Origin: Cetorhinus maximus | Taxonomy: Eukaryota | Direction of reading: 5' to 3' | NCBI RefSeq assembly: GCF_964194155.1 | Contig: NC_135901.1 | Location: 35,960,001-36,024,000 of the forward strand | Length of the DNA: 64,000 nucleotides | Shown here: in pieces, positions 60,869-64,000 of the stretch | Numbering within the stretch: the stretch's first letter is position 1 | How the letters are laid out: each line of letters begins with the position of its first letter | Notes under the pieces: generated by a model | What the model was told of the DNA's origin: nothing | The model's database searches: none | Seen by the model: the letters and a program-made list of their open reading frames with translations, nothing else | Made by a program: the position numbers and the translations under genes

Positions 60869-63800
60869 GTTCAAAACCTAATGATATTCAGGTTACGATA
60901 CATTGGGCAACTCCGTCAGATCCTGATGTGATGTTTGGTTTCAGTTTCCTGCAAATCCTCCCCTTTTAATACCCTGTGAAATTGATTTAAAACAGAAAAA
61001 AGGGAGTGAGAGAGAACCCACAAAAACACAAAGGCAGGTTGTGAAATTGAGCTGAATGAATCTGGTAATTTGTGGGACCGGCACCAGGAAAAAGTGACCA
61101 TGAAAGCTGCTGATTGTCATAAAAACCCAACTGATTCACTAATGTCCTTCAGAGAAGAGAACCAGCCACCCGGTCTGGGCCTACACAAGACTCTAGCCTC
61201 TATGGGAGCAGATGAGAGAGAGAGAGAGAAATGGGAGTGGGTGCAGGGGAGAGAGAGATTAGTGTGAGAGACGGAGGTGAAGGAGAGGGATATCTGGCAC
61301 CATCTGTGCAGAGAGAAACAGAGTTAACATTTCGAGCCCTTGAGACTCTTCTTCAGAATTGGTGAAGCAGAGGGGATTTATATTTCTACAACTCGGCCAG
61401 AACTTAGGCAGAATCTCCCAAACCTTCAAACTCCACCCTAGAAGGACCAGGGTAGCAGGTGTATGTGAACACCATTACCTCCAAGTTCCCCTCCAAGTAA
61501 CACACCATCCTGACTTGACTGACATCCGGTACTGGATGAGTAGAAATTTCCTTTATTTAAACATTGGGAAGACTGAAGTCATTGTCTTCAGTCCCCTCTA
61601 CAAACTCCACTCCCCAGACACCTGCTCCATCCCTCTCCCTGACAACTGTCTGAGACTGAACCAGACTGTTCACAGCCATGGTGAAATATTTCACCCCAAG
61701 ATGAGCTTCCAACCACATATCCACATCATCACCAAGACCGCCTATTTCCACCTCAGTAACATCGCCCGACTCCAGCCCAGTCTCAGCTCATCTGCTGCTG
61801 AAACTCTCATCCATTCCTTTGTTACATCTAGACTTAACTATCCTAACACTCCAGGCTGGTCTCCCGCATTCAACCTCCCTGTAATCTTGAGGTCATCCAA
61901 AACTCTACTGTCCCTGTGTTTACTCGCACCATGTCTTGTTCACCCATCACCCTGTGGTCACTGACCTGCAAAGGCTCCGGGTTAAGGAGAACTGAAATTT
62001 GAAATATCTCATCCCTGTTTTCACATTCCTGCTCCCTAATTCAGAAATCTCCACCAGCCTCGCAACCCTCAGTGATATCTGTACTCCTCTGATTCCAGCC
62101 TCCTGTGCATTCCTGATTTGAATCACTCCAGCATTGGTAGCCATTTTGTCAGTTTCGAATGCCCCAAGCTCTGGAATTTCCTCCCTAAACCTCTCTACCT
62201 CCAGAGGTCCCCAGCATCATAGCTGCCAGTCTTCAGCCAATTCGATTCGCTCCACGTGATATTAAGAAATGGCTGAAGGCACTGGATACTGGAAAGGCTA
62301 TGGGTCCTGACAATATTTTAGCAATAGTATTGAAGACTTGTGCTCCAGAACTTGCCGCACCCGTAGCCAAGCTGTTCCAGTGCAGCTATAACACTGGTAT
62401 CTACTTGGCTATGTGGAAAAATGTCCTGTACACAACAAGCAGGACAAATCCAACCTGGCCAATTGCCACCCCATCAGTCTACTCTGGATCATTAGTAAAG
62501 TGATGGAAGGGGTCATCAACACTTCTGTCAAGTGGCACTTACTCAGCAATAACCTGCTCACTGATGCCCAGTTTGGGTTCCGCCAGGGCCACTCAGCTCC
62601 TGACCTCATTACAGCCTTGAATCAAACATGGACAAAAGAGCTGAACTATAGAGGTGACATGAGAGTGACTGCCCTTGATACCAAGGTAGCATTTGACCGA
62701 GTGTGGCATCAGGGAGCCCTAGCAAGACTGGAGTCAATGGGAATCAGGGGAAAACTCTCCGCTGGGTGGAGTCATACCTAGCACAAAAGAAGATGGTTGT
62801 GGTTGTTGGAGGTCAGTCATCTTAGTTCTAGGATATCACTGCAAGAGTTCCTCAGGATAGTGTCTTGGGCCCAACCATCTTCAGCTGCTTATCAATGACC
62901 TTCCTTGCATCATAAGATCAGAAGTGGGGGTATTTGCTGACGATTGCACAATGTTCAGCACCATTCACAACTCCTCAAACACTTAATAACTCCATTCTCA
63001 AATGCAGCAATATCTGGACAATATCCATGCTTGGGCTGACAAGTGGCAAGTAACATTCACGCCACACAAGTGCCAGGCTATGACCATCTCCGACAAGATA
63101 GAATCTAACTATCGCCCCTTGACATTCAAGGGCATTACCATCACTGAATCCCACACTATCAACATCCTGGGGGTTACCATTGACCAGAAACTCAACTGGA
63201 CTAGCCATATAAATACTGTAGCTACAAGACCAGGTCAGAGGCTAGGAATCCTGTGGTGATTAACTCACCTGCTGACTCCCCAAAGTCTGTCCACCATCTA
63301 CAAGGCACAAGTCAGGAGTGCGCCGGAATACTCTCCATTTGCCTGGATGAGTGCAGCTCCCACAACATTCAAGAAGCTTGACACCGTCCAGGACAAAGCA
63401 GCCCGCTTGATTGGCACCACATCCACAAACATTCACTCCCTTCACCATCGACGCACAGTAGCAGCAGTGTGTACCATCTACAAGATGCACTGCAGGAATT
63501 CATCAAGGCTCCTTAGACAGTGGCTTCCAAATCTGTGACCACTACCATCTAGAGGGACAAGGGCAGCAGATAGATGGGAACACCACCACCTGCAAGTTCC
63601 CCTCCAAGTCACTCACCATCCTGGCTTGGAAATATATCGCCGTTCCTTCACTGTCACTGGGTCAAAATCCTGGGACTCCCTCCCTGACAGCACTGTGGGT
63701 GTACCTACACCACATGGACTGCAACGGTTCAAGAAGGCAACTCACCACCACCTTCTCAAGGGCAATTAGGGATGAGCAATAAATGCCCAACCCAGCGAAG

Positions 63801-64000
63801 CCCATCCCTTGGAAGATTTAAGAAGAAAACCCCCTTGGAAGATTCCCTTTAAAAGCGACATCTTTGACCAAGCTTTTGGTCACCGGCCCTAATATCTCCT
63901 CATGTGGCTCAGTGTCAAATGTTACTTTTCTGTGAAATGTCTTGGAACATGGTATAACATTAAAAGTGTGATAGAAGCAGAAATGATTGTTATTGATTTG

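Larger units (their letters stand above)
58140..64000 (+). repeat. Segmental duplication, direct copy B of 4097-9653 (runs off the window)
   Basis: Colinear; contains L2 (59310-59815, 61515-62200), LINE-A (62200-63810) and orphan head (59030-59300). Confidence 0.95.

Overview
Eukaryotic, vertebrate genomic DNA, probably a cartilaginous fish (inferred from the CR1, L2, Penelope-like and Deu-domain SINE content). The window is a fast-evolving cluster of tandem C2H2 zinc-finger genes in which I recognise no KRAB/SCAN/BTB effector domain. It holds nine finger arrays: three intact (6066-6518, 26666-27460, 54342-55436), two truncated by nonsense codons and four frameshifted or decayed, plus smaller remnants. 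The genes are built from recurring parts: a degenerate tRNA-Val with an intact B-box, a CpG-rich promoter with NF-Y/Sp1/YY1/NRF1-type motifs, reiterated splice-acceptor 'head' modules, an antisense intronic SINE, one finger-array exon and a shared 3' UTR. Direct and inverted segmental duplications have spread and recombined these parts. The spacers contain LINE fragments of three families, Penelope-like elements carrying minimal hammerhead ribozyme motifs (including a 100-bp-arm hairpin with a 13-bp TSD), two solo LTRs with 4-bp TSDs, an LTR plus tRNA-Leu PBS remnant, a tRNA-Lys relic and two tandem repeats whose single-unit counterparts lie elsewhere in the window. All calls are by eye; repeat boundaries are approximate and family names are provisional.
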